A DNA stretch of 61,435 bases, taken from Candidatus Yanofskybacteria bacterium (GTDB lineage: Bacteria > Patescibacteriota > Minisyncoccia > 2-02-FULL-40-12 > IGHO2-01-FULL-4-A). The notes under the pieces are model-generated. The model saw nothing but the letters and a program-made list of their open reading frames with translations. It had not been told where the DNA came from and did no database searches. A program made the translations under genes and the position numbers. Below are positions 38,936-51,052 of the stretch, one piece after another; position 1 is the stretch's first letter, and each line of letters begins with the position of its first letter. The stretch is from positions 1 through 61,435 of the forward strand of contig CAIUCV010000021.1 in NCBI GenBank assembly GCA_903897805.1. Direction: 5' to 3'.

Positions 38936-39469
38936 ATGAGCTGGGCCGAGGATGCCAAATATAGGCAGGAAGTTTTTGATTTAATTTTGTTTATTGCTTC
39001 GGAAGAGGGGATGAAGCCGATACCGAGCGGCGAGACAGAAGTTTTGCTTGAAATGGCCACGGCTGTCAGCGAATATCTAGTGGGCGATACCAAGGGAATG
39101 CCGGGGCCCTATGATCTTATCTTGGGTCTTGATGATAGATGGACCGGGTGGGTTGACCAAAAAATAGAAGAAGTGTTACGGCAAAATAGCAAACACCTTA
39201 ACCCGGCATTAGTAGAAGCGATAAACGATTTGTTAAAGATAGAATGGCATCATGACCACGGCGATAGTTGGTGGGAAAGCGGAGTTAAGGGGCAATTGAT
39301 GTTTCGGCAGAAAGGATTTAGGGGAACCTTTTGTCTTACTGTGCTGGATGCCCAAGCAGCTCGCGAAAATCTGGAGAAACTGGATGCGGATACGGTAGAA
39401 CACTGCAAACAAATTGGTATCCTAATGAGAAAATATATCGCTAGGGACTTGAGCAAGGCCGCCAACTAG
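38936..39469 (+). CDS. Hypothetical protein
   Basis: 177 aa ORF with a purine-rich RBS and an upstream TTGACA...CATACT. Confidence 0.65.
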   Translation: MSWAEDAKYRQEVFDLILFIASEEGMKPIPSGETEVLLEMATAVSEYLVGDTKGMPGPYDLILGLDDRWTGWVDQKIEEVLRQNSKHLNPALVEAINDLLKIEWHHDHGDSWWESGVKGQLMFRQKGFRGTFCLTVLDAQAARENLEKLDADTVEHCKQIGILMRKYIARDLSKAAN

Positions 39470-39525
39470 CACAACGGGCCAAACCCCGTTTTTTGTTTTT
39501 ATGACGGGTCATGCGCGGGCGAGCG

Positions 39526-41424
39526 CTACACCTCGATAACAACCGGCAGTATCATTGGTCGTCTCTCGGTCTTCTGGAACAAAAACAAACCAATCTCATC
39601 GCGAATCAAATCTTTTAGATAAACCCAGTTAATCGGCCGCGTAGTTTTTTTCTCAATAACAAATCTGATTTTCTTGCGAACCTGCGCCAGAAGCTCTTTG
39701 TTCTCTTTCAAATAAACGAAGCCTCGGGAAATAATATCGGGACTGCCGCGGACCTTCCCGGTTTTTGAATCAATCAGGGCGACAATTACGAACATGCCGT
39801 CCTCGGCGAGAACCTGTCTGTCGCGTAAAACCACATTACCGATATCGCCGATGCCAAGGCCGTCCACCATCACGGTGTCCGACGGCGCAGTTTTCTTATC
39901 AAACCACCACTCATCGGGAGTGATGTGAATAATGGAACCGTTGTCGGCGATAATGACATTCTTTTCGGGAATGCCCTCCTTCTGTGCTAAATAGCCGTGA
40001 TTAACCATCATAGAATAGTGGCCGTGGATTGGCATAATGAATGCGGGCCTGATAAGGCGAATCATTTGTCTCAAGTCATCTCTGTAAGCATGGCCGCTGG
40101 CGTGAATATCCATCATGCCGTAGTGATAAACTCTGGCGCCGAGGCGGTAGAAAAGATCTTTCAACCGCTGAATCGTCCTTTCATTGCCTGGGATAACGGA
40201 AGAAGAGAAAATAACCGAATCGTTCTTTTTTAGCTGAATGTGACGATGTTCGCCGGAAGCGATGCGCATCAAAACTGCCTGTCCCTCTCCCTGCGCGCCC
40301 GTGCCTATGACCGTCACCTTCGCCCGTGGATAGCGGTCAATCTGGTCAATCGGTATCTGGGTGTCCTTTTTGATTTTGATTTGGTTGAGCTCCTTTGCGA
40401 TTTCAACATTGCTCTTTAAGCTGAAGCCGTCAAACACAACCTTGCGGCCGTATTTTTCCGACAAAGTGATCAGTTGCTGAATGCGGTTAATCAGAGATGA
40501 AAATGTGCCGGCGATTATCATGCTAGTGGCTTCCTTGAAGATAATTTCAAGGTTATCCTGAATAACGCTTTCCGAAACTGAAGGTCCGTCCTTTTCGGCG
40601 CCAGTTGAATCCGACATCAAAACCGTAACGCCTCTGTCACCGACGCTTTTTATAAATTCAAGATCGGCCGGTTCCTCATTTAACGGTTTGGGGTCAAATT
40701 TAAAATCTGCCGTGTGAACCACAATCCCGGCCGGAGTCGTAATAATGAGCGCGACGTCATCGGGAATATTGTGGTTCACGTGGAAAAATTCCACTTCAAA
40801 ATCGCCAAGGTGAATTTTTTCGCCAGAGTGGACAAGATTAATGTCTAGCTCCGGCAGGGAGTGGAATTCCAGATGGCGCCTTAAAACTATGCCCCTGGTA
40901 AGTTCTGTGGCGTAAATCGTGGGGTTGCCCAATCTCTGTATCAAGTAGGGCAGGCCGCCTATGTGATCCATGTGGCCATGGGTTATTATCAGGCCCTTAA
41001 TTTGGTCTTGTCTGCCGTCAAGATAATCTATATTGGGAAGCGTATAGTCAATTCCGGGCATATCATCTTCGGGGAAACCAAAACCGGCATCAATTACAAT
41101 AATGTCGTTTCCGTATTCAAGCACAGACATATTTCTGCCAACTTCGCCCAGCCCACCCAAGGGGATGATCTTCAGAGTGTTTCTTTTGCCTGACTCCTCG
41201 CTTTCTCTTTCGGGCCGTGGAATTGGCGCTAATCGCCGCGACCTCGGCAGGTCTCTGCGCCTGTCATTATAACGCGGCGGTTTACCTCGGTTTGAAAATC
41301 GTTGCGGGGCAACGGACAAACTGTCTGCTTGGCGGGTTCTGGTTTTCTGTGTACTTCTGTTGTCATTTCTGCGTTGGCCTTGCGTTCTCACGGACACCAA
41401 CCTCACTTTTGAATCATCAGTCAT
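39526..41424 (-). CDS. rnj: Ribonuclease J with Arg-rich N-terminal extension
   Basis: PLGGLGEVGRN, THGHMDHIG, HASGH and PIHG. Confidence 0.97.
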   Translation of the reverse strand: MTDDSKVRLVSVRTQGQRRNDNRSTQKTRTRQADSLSVAPQRFSNRGKPPRYNDRRRDLPRSRRLAPIPRPERESEESGKRNTLKIIPLGGLGEVGRNMSVLEYGNDIIVIDAGFGFPEDDMPGIDYTLPNIDYLDGRQDQIKGLIITHGHMDHIGGLPYLIQRLGNPTIYATELTRGIVLRRHLEFHSLPELDINLVHSGEKIHLGDFEVEFFHVNHNIPDDVALIITTPAGIVVHTADFKFDPKPLNEEPADLEFIKSVGDRGVTVLMSDSTGAEKDGPSVSESVIQDNLEIIFKEATSMIIAGTFSSLINRIQQLITLSEKYGRKVVFDGFSLKSNVEIAKELNQIKIKKDTQIPIDQIDRYPRAKVTVIGTGAQGEGQAVLMRIASGEHRHIQLKKNDSVIFSSSVIPGNERTIQRLKDLFYRLGARVYHYGMMDIHASGHAYRDDLRQMIRLIRPAFIMPIHGHYSMMVNHGYLAQKEGIPEKNVIIADNGSIIHITPDEWWFDKKTAPSDTVMVDGLGIGDIGNVVLRDRQVLAEDGMFVIVALIDSKTGKVRGSPDIISRGFVYLKENKELLAQVRKKIRFVIEKKTTRPINWVYLKDLIRDEIGLFLFQKTERRPMILPVVIEV

Positions 41425-41440
41425 ATTTTTTTTATTTAGA

Positions 41441-41941
41441 TTATTTGTCTAATTTTTTATTCCAAAAGATTTGTTCTACTTTGCGGACCGGCTGGCCGTT
41501 TTTTATGCCGTAAGTCCAGTGGTGCAAAATTGGCTGACCTTTCTTAAAAGGGGTGCTTATTGCTTTGTTTTTTTCTATGTAAAATCCGATATGCCTGTGG
41601 TGAGGATAAACATCCCCATCTTGATCAATGGTTTCTTTTTCTTCCCAAACCAACACGGCGCCAGGTCGGGGTTTTTCTATCTTCTTCCATTGAGCCAGCT
41701 CCATATCTTTTACCGCACCGTCAACTGTCACGTGCACGTCATTACATAATTTGAAAAGGTAAAGTATTGACGAGACAAATCTAGAACAAGAAAGGCTACC
41801 ATCTTTGGTCATGTCAATTTTTTTGCCATCAACATAGGCGTAAAGATTGCGGAACAAATTTGAACCTACGCTATTCTTGATAGCTTTGATATACGATTTA
41901 TTCAGAACGATCTTAACATCAAGCGATTTCTTGCTAATCAT
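41441..41941 (-). CDS. Hypothetical protein, NlpC/P60-like papain fold suspected
   Basis: SCSRFVSSIL...PRPGAVLVW...HIGFY pattern of Cys and His. Confidence 0.6.
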   Translation of the reverse strand: MISKKSLDVKIVLNKSYIKAIKNSVGSNLFRNLYAYVDGKKIDMTKDGSLSCSRFVSSILYLFKLCNDVHVTVDGAVKDMELAQWKKIEKPRPGAVLVWEEKETIDQDGDVYPHHRHIGFYIEKNKAISTPFKKGQPILHHWTYGIKNGQPVRKVEQIFWNKKLDK

Positions 41942-41965
41942 TTACTTTATGAGAAAGGATGAGAA

Positions 41966-42052
41966 TGGTGGGCGCGGAGGGATTTGAACCCTCAAGAGAT
42001 TGCTCTCATACGCTCCTGAAGCGTACGCGTATGCCAGTTCCGCCACGCGCCC
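41966..42052 (-). tRNA. tRNA-Leu(CAG), CCA encoded
   Basis: GGGCGCG acceptor, anticodon arm TACGC-TTCAGGA-GCGTA, long variable arm and TTCAAAT T-loop. Confidence 0.96.
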
Positions 42053-42125
42053 GCAGTGGCCAAAAACGAGATTCCCAATAAGAAATTCCATTATAGCACC
42101 ATTAGCATGGCGCTGTCAACTACCA

Positions 42126-43940
42126 CTACCGGCGCACTCGCTTTGTATTTATGTACCACTGATTAACTGTTGCAAATCTATCTGAAGGAATTGATACGAT
42201 GCTCGTATTATTATTTTTTATCTTGGCCGGTTGGGCGTAGAGATAGTCGGGGCTATAAAGGAAAACCGCCGGTACGTCTGTGGCTACAATTTTTTGGAAG
42301 TCATCATATTTGGACAGTCGTGCGGACTTATCCTGCGTCAATCTGGCATCCTCAAGCAATTTATCGGCATCCTTATTGTCATAAAGTGCGAGATTCAGGC
42401 CGGGGTCTCTTTTTTGGGACGAGTGCCAAAAACTAAGAGGATCCGGGTCAAGTCCTAAAACTTCCCCGAAAAGCAGGGCTTCGTAATCCCTGTCTCTGAT
42501 TACCTGTTGTAGCTCGGACAGGTCCAGCGTTTCTACGTTGACCCTCGCGCCCACGGCTTCCCATTGTTTCTTGATTTGGTTGGCAACCATAGTCAGTTCC
42601 GGCCAATTTGAAGTGGTGAGACGGATCTCAAGTTTTGTGGGCTCGGCGGGTTGGGCTCCTTTCTTGACGGGCGCCGCCGCTTTTTCTCTGACTCCGTCCG
42701 TTTCGGAAAACTTCCAGCCCGCATCGTCCAGGGTTTTCTTGGCCTTTTCAATATCAAAATTATATTTTTCCGCGTCGTCGGGGATATTAATAATGCCGGG
42801 CAGCATGGGGGAGTCAACAACTGTGCCATTATCGGATAAGATCTCCTTGAGAATTTCTTTCTTGTCTGTGGCATAACTTAGCGCCACGCGCACATTTTTA
42901 TCGGACAATTGTTTGCTCTGATTTTGATTAAAGAAAACAGCAAAGTATCTCGGCAATTTGAGTTTTTTAATTTTCAATTGGCCCAAAAAGCGGATTGAAT
43001 TTATTTTTAGGGGGGATACGGAACTGATACCATCTATGTCATTGCTGTTATACGCGCTTATTAACTCATCGTCGGAGGCGTAAAATTTGAAAATTATTTT
43101 TGATATATAGGGTTTTCCCGCGTAATATTTATCAAACGCTTCCAGTTCGAATGATTTTACATTACCGAGCGAATCCCGTTTTATTTTTGAAAACTTATAA
43201 GGTCCCGAACCGACCGCTGGCTTGATATTCATTTCCGATAGAGCGAAATTGGCAGCTTTTACGTTTTCCCATATGTGTTTTGGCAATATTCCGAGAGTTG
43301 TGTTGCTGAGAAACTGCGCATACCTGGTTTTGAGCTTAAACACAACCGTTTGCTCGTCCAGTTTACTGACATCCACGCCCTGCCAGTTTGGCATTTGGAA
43401 ACTGCCATAGTCGGTATTTTGGGCGGTTAGAACGGTGAATATGACATCATCGGCCGTTATCAGTTGGCCGTCATGCCATTTAAGGTTGTTTCTTAATTTG
43501 AAGGTGTAATTCAGGCCATCGTCGGATATATTGTAAGAGCCGGCAAGACCCGGCTCAAGCTCTCCATTGTCGCCATATCTCATCAGGCCAGAGTAAATCA
43601 AATTGGACAAATCTCTGTCCACGTCGCTTGCCTGCGCAAGCAAAGGATTAATATGCTTGGGCGCGCCAACGAGCCCTTCGGTAAAACTGCCGCCGTAATC
43701 CGGCGCCGATTTGGTGAAATGGTAGTAGGTGCTTATCGGGATGGCAAGCAGAGCGCAAATGGCTACTACACCCAAAACTAAAATCAGGTATCTTTCTCTT
43801 TTGGAGAGTACTTTTGGCAGATGGCGCAGCTGTTTTTTAGTCGGCAAGAGGTCGGTAAAGCGGTTTTTGCGTTCCCGCTCTTCTTTTTTTGGCGCCCTTA
43901 GCGATATAAAAAAATTATCTAATTGGTTTGGGTCACTCAT
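42126..43940 (-). CDS. ABC transporter peptide-binding protein (SBP family 5), membrane anchored
   Basis: LIYSGL, YTFKLR..LKWHDG..ITADDVIFT and VGSGPYK. Confidence 0.93.
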   Translation of the reverse strand: MSDPNQLDNFFISLRAPKKEERERKNRFTDLLPTKKQLRHLPKVLSKRERYLILVLGVVAICALLAIPISTYYHFTKSAPDYGGSFTEGLVGAPKHINPLLAQASDVDRDLSNLIYSGLMRYGDNGELEPGLAGSYNISDDGLNYTFKLRNNLKWHDGQLITADDVIFTVLTAQNTDYGSFQMPNWQGVDVSKLDEQTVVFKLKTRYAQFLSNTTLGILPKHIWENVKAANFALSEMNIKPAVGSGPYKFSKIKRDSLGNVKSFELEAFDKYYAGKPYISKIIFKFYASDDELISAYNSNDIDGISSVSPLKINSIRFLGQLKIKKLKLPRYFAVFFNQNQSKQLSDKNVRVALSYATDKKEILKEILSDNGTVVDSPMLPGIINIPDDAEKYNFDIEKAKKTLDDAGWKFSETDGVREKAAAPVKKGAQPAEPTKLEIRLTTSNWPELTMVANQIKKQWEAVGARVNVETLDLSELQQVIRDRDYEALLFGEVLGLDPDPLSFWHSSQKRDPGLNLALYDNKDADKLLEDARLTQDKSARLSKYDDFQKIVATDVPAVFLYSPDYLYAQPAKIKNNNTSIVSIPSDRFATVNQWYINTKRVRR

Positions 43941-44034
43941 GCGAGATTATCAGCGGACAACCAATCCCGCAAATCCCGCGGGTGTTCGCCTGCGCCCGCC
44001 CCCACACTCAAAATGAGTGTGGGGGCAAGGACAA

Positions 44035-44247
44035 TTAGTAGAGAATTATTCTCAAAAAAGAAATTCCGAAGAAAAGTACGGCAATTACGATGGTTGATAT
44101 GAATATAATCTTTTCGGCTCCGCGTCGCGTGGAATAAACACTGCCTTCGCCGCCGAAAGCACCCGAAAGCCCAGCTCCTCTTTGCTGCAAGAGGATGGCA
44201 ATAATAAGAAGCGACGCCAAGACTATCTGGATGATTGTTATAACCAT
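44035..44247 (-). CDS. secG: Preprotein translocase subunit SecG
   Basis: ILLQQRGAGLSGAFGG...TRRGAEK. Confidence 0.92.
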   Translation of the reverse strand: MVITIIQIVLASLLIIAILLQQRGAGLSGAFGGEGSVYSTRRGAEKIIFISTIVIAVLFFGISFLRIILY

Positions 44248-44254
44248 TTAGAAA

Positions 44255-44590
44255 TCATTTAAACCAATGGGCGATAAAATTAACCGCTGCGATAATTAAT
44301 GTTGCCCAAAGGAGGGCAATCAGATTTTCAATTATTATATAATGCGTCAGCTGTGCGGTAAACCATAATATTACCGCGTTTATAACTATCAGGAAAAGCC
44401 CGAGGGATATGATAATCAGAGGAGTGGAAATAATTTTCAAGATAGGCCTGACAATCAGGTTCAATATCCCCAAAACAAGGCCGGCTATCAAATACCCCTG
44501 CCAACCTCCGCTGACCGCAAAACCGGCAACCCAGAGATCGGCCAGATAGAGAGCCAAGACATTAGCTAAAAGGCCAATTATAATGCCCAT
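44255..44590 (-). CDS. Four-TM phage-holin-family (YvlD-like) membrane protein
   Basis: LGILNLIVRPIL..IS.PLIIISLGLFLIVINA. Confidence 0.85.
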   Translation of the reverse strand: MGIIIGLLANVLALYLADLWVAGFAVSGGWQGYLIAGLVLGILNLIVRPILKIISTPLIIISLGLFLIVINAVILWFTAQLTHYIIIENLIALLWATLIIAAVNFIAHWFK

Positions 44591-44638
44591 TTATTATGCT
44601 GTTCAAGTATAGCATCTTAGGCCTCTTTTTAGCAAATA

Positions 44639-45011
44639 TTGACATTACTATTGGGATATGCTATAATTGAAAGAGTCGGGTGGAAAGCGCCTTCTAGCTT
44701 AGAAAGGGCTAGAAAGCGTCCAGCCACCGACTCGGAAGTACAATGAAGTACGGCAATGAGGCCGAGAAGTAAGATCGGGGGTGGTAGAAGTGCGATTATG
44801 AAGCTATGCCGTTGCTCGTCAGTTACCAAGGCTGACAAGCAACAATTGAAAAAACAGGCGCGACGACGGTGATTTTGTGACTTTTGTCACCGGCGGGGAG
44901 GCCTAGTAAACGTCCCTGCAAAGTAAGCCCCGAAAGGGCCGAAAAGAAGTCTCCTCGGGTATGGAGGTAGATACCCAACGGACCCCAGTGGCCATTGCGC
45001 TGGGGTTCTTT
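44639..45011 (+). ncRNA. Putative orphan ~340 nt structured ncRNA with consensus promoter and terminator
   Basis: TTGACA-N17-TATAAT with TG extension (44639-44667), a 5' stem at 44673-44733, further hairpins and a terminator at 44980-45011. No plus-strand ORF of 60 aa or more. Confidence 0.6.
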
Positions 45012-46323
45012 AATTTTGGGCTTCCCGATGCAACTTTCTATAATATCCAATTGCGAACCTATGCGCCTCGGCATCTATTTGCAGAATGAGATTCCTGACT
45101 ACCGGCGGCAGTTTTTTTATTTTGATGGTGGCTTTTCTGGTTGTTGATAATATATGATCGCCGACATGTTTTTCGTTTTTGGTCAGAGCAATAATCGGAA
45201 TATTTAATTTGCGATTCTGATTTTTTTTGAAAATTGAAAATTGAAAATTGAAAATTGCTGAACGCGCAGCGTTCAGCTGTCCCTTGCCGCCATCTATTAA
45301 TATCAAATCGGGATATCGCCACTCGGGATGGTTGAATCGGCGCGTTAAAACCTCTTTTAACATGGCAACGTCATTTGATTTACCGGCAATCCTTATCTTG
45401 AATTTGCGGTATTCATTTTTATCCGGCCGGCCGTCAATAAAAACCACCATTGCGCTGGTGGCGAATTCGCCCTGTATATTGGAAACGTCATAACCCTCAA
45501 TACGCCTTGGCAGGGTGGACAGGTTGAGCGTCTTTTTTAAAGCATCAAGGCCGCGAGTGCCCTCTTTGTTTTTTAATTCGAGCTTGCGGATGATTTTAGA
45601 ATTTTCAAAAACGCTTTTAATCTTTTCCAACTGGTCACGCAACCCGATAGCCCTCTCAAAATCTTTTTTCTTAGCCGCTGAGGCCATATCTTTTTCCAGT
45701 TTTTTGATTAGCGATGTTTTGCGGCCGTTTAGCATTTCTTCAATTGCCACAATGTTCTTCTTGTACGAGTTTATTTCTTTGGCGCTTGCCTCTTTTTTAA
45801 GGCAGCAAAAGCCGGAGCAATTGCCGATGTGATAATTCAGGCAATAATTATTATGTTTTTGTTTGCAGGTGCAGTAGGGGAATATCCTGCGGAGCAACTT
45901 CAGGGTTACGCGCAGAGCCGTTCCGTCGGTAAACGGGCCGATAAAACTAGGGTATAGGGTATGGGGTTTAGGGTGTGAGGGTTGATGAGTAACAATCAGT
46001 TTTGGAAAATCTTCTTTCGTGAAGCCGATATAGAAATACTGCTTGTCATCGCGAAGCATTATATTAAACGGCGGCCGACACTTTTTAATTAATTGCGATT
46101 CCAGTATCAGGGCCTCTATCTCCGAACCTGTTTCTTGCCAATCAATGCTCTTGGCTGTCTCCAGCATTTTCTGAAGGCGGGGGTTGCCCAGATTTTTGTT
46201 GAAATACGAATTAAGGCGATTTTTCAGATTAGCCGCTTTGCCGATATACAAAACCCGCCGATTTTTATCTCGGAAGAAGTAAACCCCGGAATTTTTCGGA
46301 ATTTTTTTGACGTTTCTAATCAT
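45010..46323 (-). CDS. uvrC: UvrC-like excinuclease (GIY-YIG, UVR and RNase H-like domains; no HhH tail)
   Basis: GVYFF..LYIGKA.NLKNRLNSY, RIEGYDVSN, PDLILIDGGKGQ and EAHRFAI. Confidence 0.9.
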   Translation of the reverse strand: MIRNVKKIPKNSGVYFFRDKNRRVLYIGKAANLKNRLNSYFNKNLGNPRLQKMLETAKSIDWQETGSEIEALILESQLIKKCRPPFNIMLRDDKQYFYIGFTKEDFPKLIVTHQPSHPKPHTLYPSFIGPFTDGTALRVTLKLLRRIFPYCTCKQKHNNYCLNYHIGNCSGFCCLKKEASAKEINSYKKNIVAIEEMLNGRKTSLIKKLEKDMASAAKKKDFERAIGLRDQLEKIKSVFENSKIIRKLELKNKEGTRGLDALKKTLNLSTLPRRIEGYDVSNIQGEFATSAMVVFIDGRPDKNEYRKFKIRIAGKSNDVAMLKEVLTRRFNHPEWRYPDLILIDGGKGQLNAARSAIFNFQFSIFKKNQNRKLNIPIIALTKNEKHVGDHILSTTRKATIKIKKLPPVVRNLILQIDAEAHRFAIGYYRKLHREAQN

Positions 46324-46383
46324 GGGCCGACATTGATTTTAGGTTAATATTATGCCATAGTTTCTGCATAATTTCCAGCGAAA

Positions 46384-47373
46384 ATGTATTGGAGAAACAA
46401 TGTCCTAGCCACTCTTGCCTATTATGATGTTTTTGATTTTCCGCTGAAGGAGGAAGAGGTCTTCAAATTCCTCTTTAATTTTGAGCATCTTTCAGCATCC
46501 GGGGACGGACGAGCGCCGGATCTCGGCGAGATAAAAGCCGAGCTGGAAACATTGAAAAGCAATGGCGCCGTTAATTTTTACGACGGCTTTTATTTTTTGT
46601 TTGACCGCGATTATCTTATACCATTGCGATTGAGGCGCGAGAAAATAGCGAATAAGAAGTGGAAAAAAATTTACCGTGCAGTTTGGTGGCTAAAATTTTT
46701 GCCGTATGTAAAAGTTGTTTTTGCATCCGGTTCCCTAGCGATGAGCAACGCGGAAGAACTGGGGGATTTGGACATTTTAGTTGTCGTGAAGCACGGCCGT
46801 ATATGGTTATCGCGCCTGCTTATCTCGGGCCTATTATCACTAATCGGAATCCGTCGCAGATATAACCAAAAAATCGCGCCGGATAAGATCTGCCTTAATC
46901 ACTATATCACTAATAAATCCCTGCTGATCCCTTACAAGAGCATCTATACCGCCCAGACGTATATCAATCTCAAGCCGGTTTTTGTTTCCGACCCGCAGAT
47001 TATTGCCGAGTTTTACAAAGCCAATTCCTGGCTTGCCAATTTCGTTTTAAATTTTAATATTTCTTCTCGCCGGCACGAAGGAAAAAAGATTTTGGGGCGT
47101 AATTTTTTAGCCAAAATTAAATCAACGGCCTGGGAGATGATTTTGAATTCCAAATTAGGCGATTGGCTGGAGGACTGGGCGAAACGGTGGCAGATAAAAA
47201 GAATTGAGAAGCATAAAAAACAAGATCCGCCGGGCGGGCGGGTAATTTATACTGACGAGCAGTTAGAATTTCATCCAGGCTCGGTGGAGAAAGAAATAAT
47301 AGAAAAATATAATCAGCGCCTGATTGCTCTGGGCCTGGACGAATTTGCCGTGGAAAAAAAATCAGAGACTTGA
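46384..47373 (+). CDS. Nucleotidyltransferase-domain hypothetical protein
   Basis: LPYVKVVFASGSLAM.N.EELGDLDILVV, the GS...DxD signature. Confidence 0.75.
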   Translation: MYWRNNVLATLAYYDVFDFPLKEEEVFKFLFNFEHLSASGDGRAPDLGEIKAELETLKSNGAVNFYDGFYFLFDRDYLIPLRLRREKIANKKWKKIYRAVWWLKFLPYVKVVFASGSLAMSNAEELGDLDILVVVKHGRIWLSRLLISGLLSLIGIRRRYNQKIAPDKICLNHYITNKSLLIPYKSIYTAQTYINLKPVFVSDPQIIAEFYKANSWLANFVLNFNISSRRHEGKKILGRNFLAKIKSTAWEMILNSKLGDWLEDWAKRWQIKRIEKHKKQDPPGGRVIYTDEQLEFHPGSVEKEIIEKYNQRLIALGLDEFAVEKKSET

Positions 47374-47405
47374 CACCCTTTTTTATTTGAGTAATATGGG
47401 GGTAG

Positions 47406-47432
47406 CTGGCACTCTGGGGTCGGAAGTGCTAA
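47406..47432 (+). promoter_or_regulatory. CIRCE element (HrcA operator) upstream of groES
   Basis: CTGGCACTC-N9-AAGTGCTAA against the consensus TTAGCACTC-N9-GAGTGCTAA, with TTGACA at 47370. Confidence 0.8.
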
Positions 47433-47511
47433 TATCTGATGTTAGGTGTTGGATTTTAGGTGTTAGATGGTTTCTAAAACCTAGAAATCAAAACCTAAAA
47501 ACTAAAGAAAT

Positions 47512-49432
<1,921 letters not shown>

Positions 49433-49545
49433 AAAAGATAATCAATCACAAAAGCCCCGCAGGGGGCTTTTGTGATTAGAAAGAGCGCTTAACCTTGACT
49501 TTGACGAGACATGTCTAGTAAAATAAATCCAGACCTTTTCAAAAA

Positions 49546-50061
49546 TTGGGGAGGAATCAAATGTCGCCAATATCGCCTTTTTGTGGTCTAAATAGTTGGG
49601 ATGTGCAAGTACCTGATTACAACGAAAAATGTCCAATCTGCGGAAGCGTCCTTGAGGATGTATGGGGAACCATAGGCGGTTTTCCCGGCCATGAGCATGT
49701 TCATCCCTCATCGGTTGTGGGGTATAGGTGTAATAAGTGCATTCGCTATTTCCCGCTCGGAGAATTCCTGATGTTGAAATTGGAAAAAGAAAAAAAGCGC
49801 GAAGAAGCGCATTCCGATTTCGCAAAAAATTATTGGCAGGGCGTCCGCGCTATTTTCAAAAATCCTTATCTATATCTTATTGTAGTCGGGTTCATGTTGA
49901 TTAGCCGCAACTTTTGGGTAGGGATCTTAGCCGGGGTTGTTATTGTTCTCTTGATGCCGCTTCTGGCGAAATGTCTTGAGATAGTTTTCACACCGCTTGG
50001 CAGATTGGTCAGGAAAATCCTGCCCTCCGATAAATCGCCGGATAATCCTAAAACCCCATAA
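49546..50061 (+). CDS. Zn-ribbon plus TM hypothetical protein
   Basis: CPICG...CNKC followed by two TM helices. The start is uncertain (ATG 49561 follows GGGAGG). Confidence 0.6.
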   Translation: MGRNQMSPISPFCGLNSWDVQVPDYNEKCPICGSVLEDVWGTIGGFPGHEHVHPSSVVGYRCNKCIRYFPLGEFLMLKLEKEKKREEAHSDFAKNYWQGVRAIFKNPYLYLIVVGFMLISRNFWVGILAGVVIVLLMPLLAKCLEIVFTPLGRLVRKILPSDKSPDNPKTP

Positions 50062-50145
50062 GGGGTTTTTCTTTTATTTTGCCTTGACAAACCTTCGTCT
50101 TAGGATTAAAATAACGGAAGCTGTTTTGTTACAAGGAGATAACCA

Positions 50146-50334
50146 ATGCCAGGTACCGCCAGCGATTCCCAAGAAAAAAGACCCTGCCTCGTTTCCCTCC
50201 CCGTTCCCTGCTTCGATCCTTCTGAGGATTGCGAAATAGGTCGCACGGAAATATTTGAATCATTGCCGCCTGACATGCGGGAGGCGATACTGGAAGCCAA
50301 CATGGAAAATTATTTGACGAATGGCGGCTATTGA
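50146..50334 (+). CDS. Small hypothetical protein
   Basis: AAGGAG RBS and an upstream TTGACA, 62 aa. Confidence 0.4.
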   Translation: MPGTASDSQEKRPCLVSLPVPCFDPSEDCEIGRTEIFESLPPDMREAILEANMENYLTNGGY

Positions 50335-50478
50335 ATTCTGTTTCCACCCCCATCTCACTGGGGGTTTATTGTGGGCTTGTGATTGATGGACAATCCTTGA
50401 TGTGTTAAAATTAATCCAATAATTAACCTAAAAAACTACCAATTTTCTTCATAAAATAGGTGTTTTTTGAATAAATAT

Positions 50479-51036
50479 ATGCCAATTGTTTTAATTGTCA
50501 TTCTGGCGATGGCCGTTGTTTTGGTATTGTGGGTTGCAGGGTCATTCAATTCTCTGGTGCGGTCGCGAAACCGTGTAAAGGAATCCTGGTCGGATATTGA
50601 TGTGCAGTTGAAAAGACGGCACGACCTGATACCAAATCTGGTTGAGACCGTGAAGGGCTATGCCGCTCACGAGAAGGATGTTTTTGAAAGAGTGATAAAA
50701 GCACGGTCGGCGGCGATGGGAGCAAAAACAGTAGGGGAAAAAGGTGAAGCCGAAAATATACTTTCCGGTGCGTTGAAAAATCTATTCGCGCTGGCCGAGG
50801 CATATCCGACTCTGCGGGCATCGGAGAATTTTTCAAAGCTTCAGGATGAATTGACCGACACCGAGGACAAAATCCAAGCCGCGAGGAGATTTTATAATTC
50901 AAATGTTCTCGTTCTCAATACCAAAGTTGAACAATTCCCGACGAATGTCGTAGCTTCAGCGTTCGGTTTTAAGAAAGAAGCGTTTTTCGAACTTAGTTTG
51001 GCAGAAGAAAAAGAGCCCGTGAAGGTTAAGTTCTAA
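50479..51036 (+). CDS. lemA: LemA family protein
   Basis: [28 protein letters not shown] and EAYP.L. Confidence 0.96.
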   Translation: MPIVLIVILAMAVVLVLWVAGSFNSLVRSRNRVKESWSDIDVQLKRRHDLIPNLVETVKGYAAHEKDVFERVIKARSAAMGAKTVGEKGEAENILSGALKNLFALAEAYPTLRASENFSKLQDELTDTEDKIQAARRFYNSNVLVLNTKVEQFPTNVVASAFGFKKEAFFELSLAEEKEPVKVKF

Positions 51037-51052
51037 TTTTGGCCGACTGATT

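Noticed and set aside
44255-44590. Holin-family gene as evidence of a prophage
   Set aside because: This YvlD-like family is commonly chromosomal, and there are no endolysin, capsid, terminase or integrase genes nearby.
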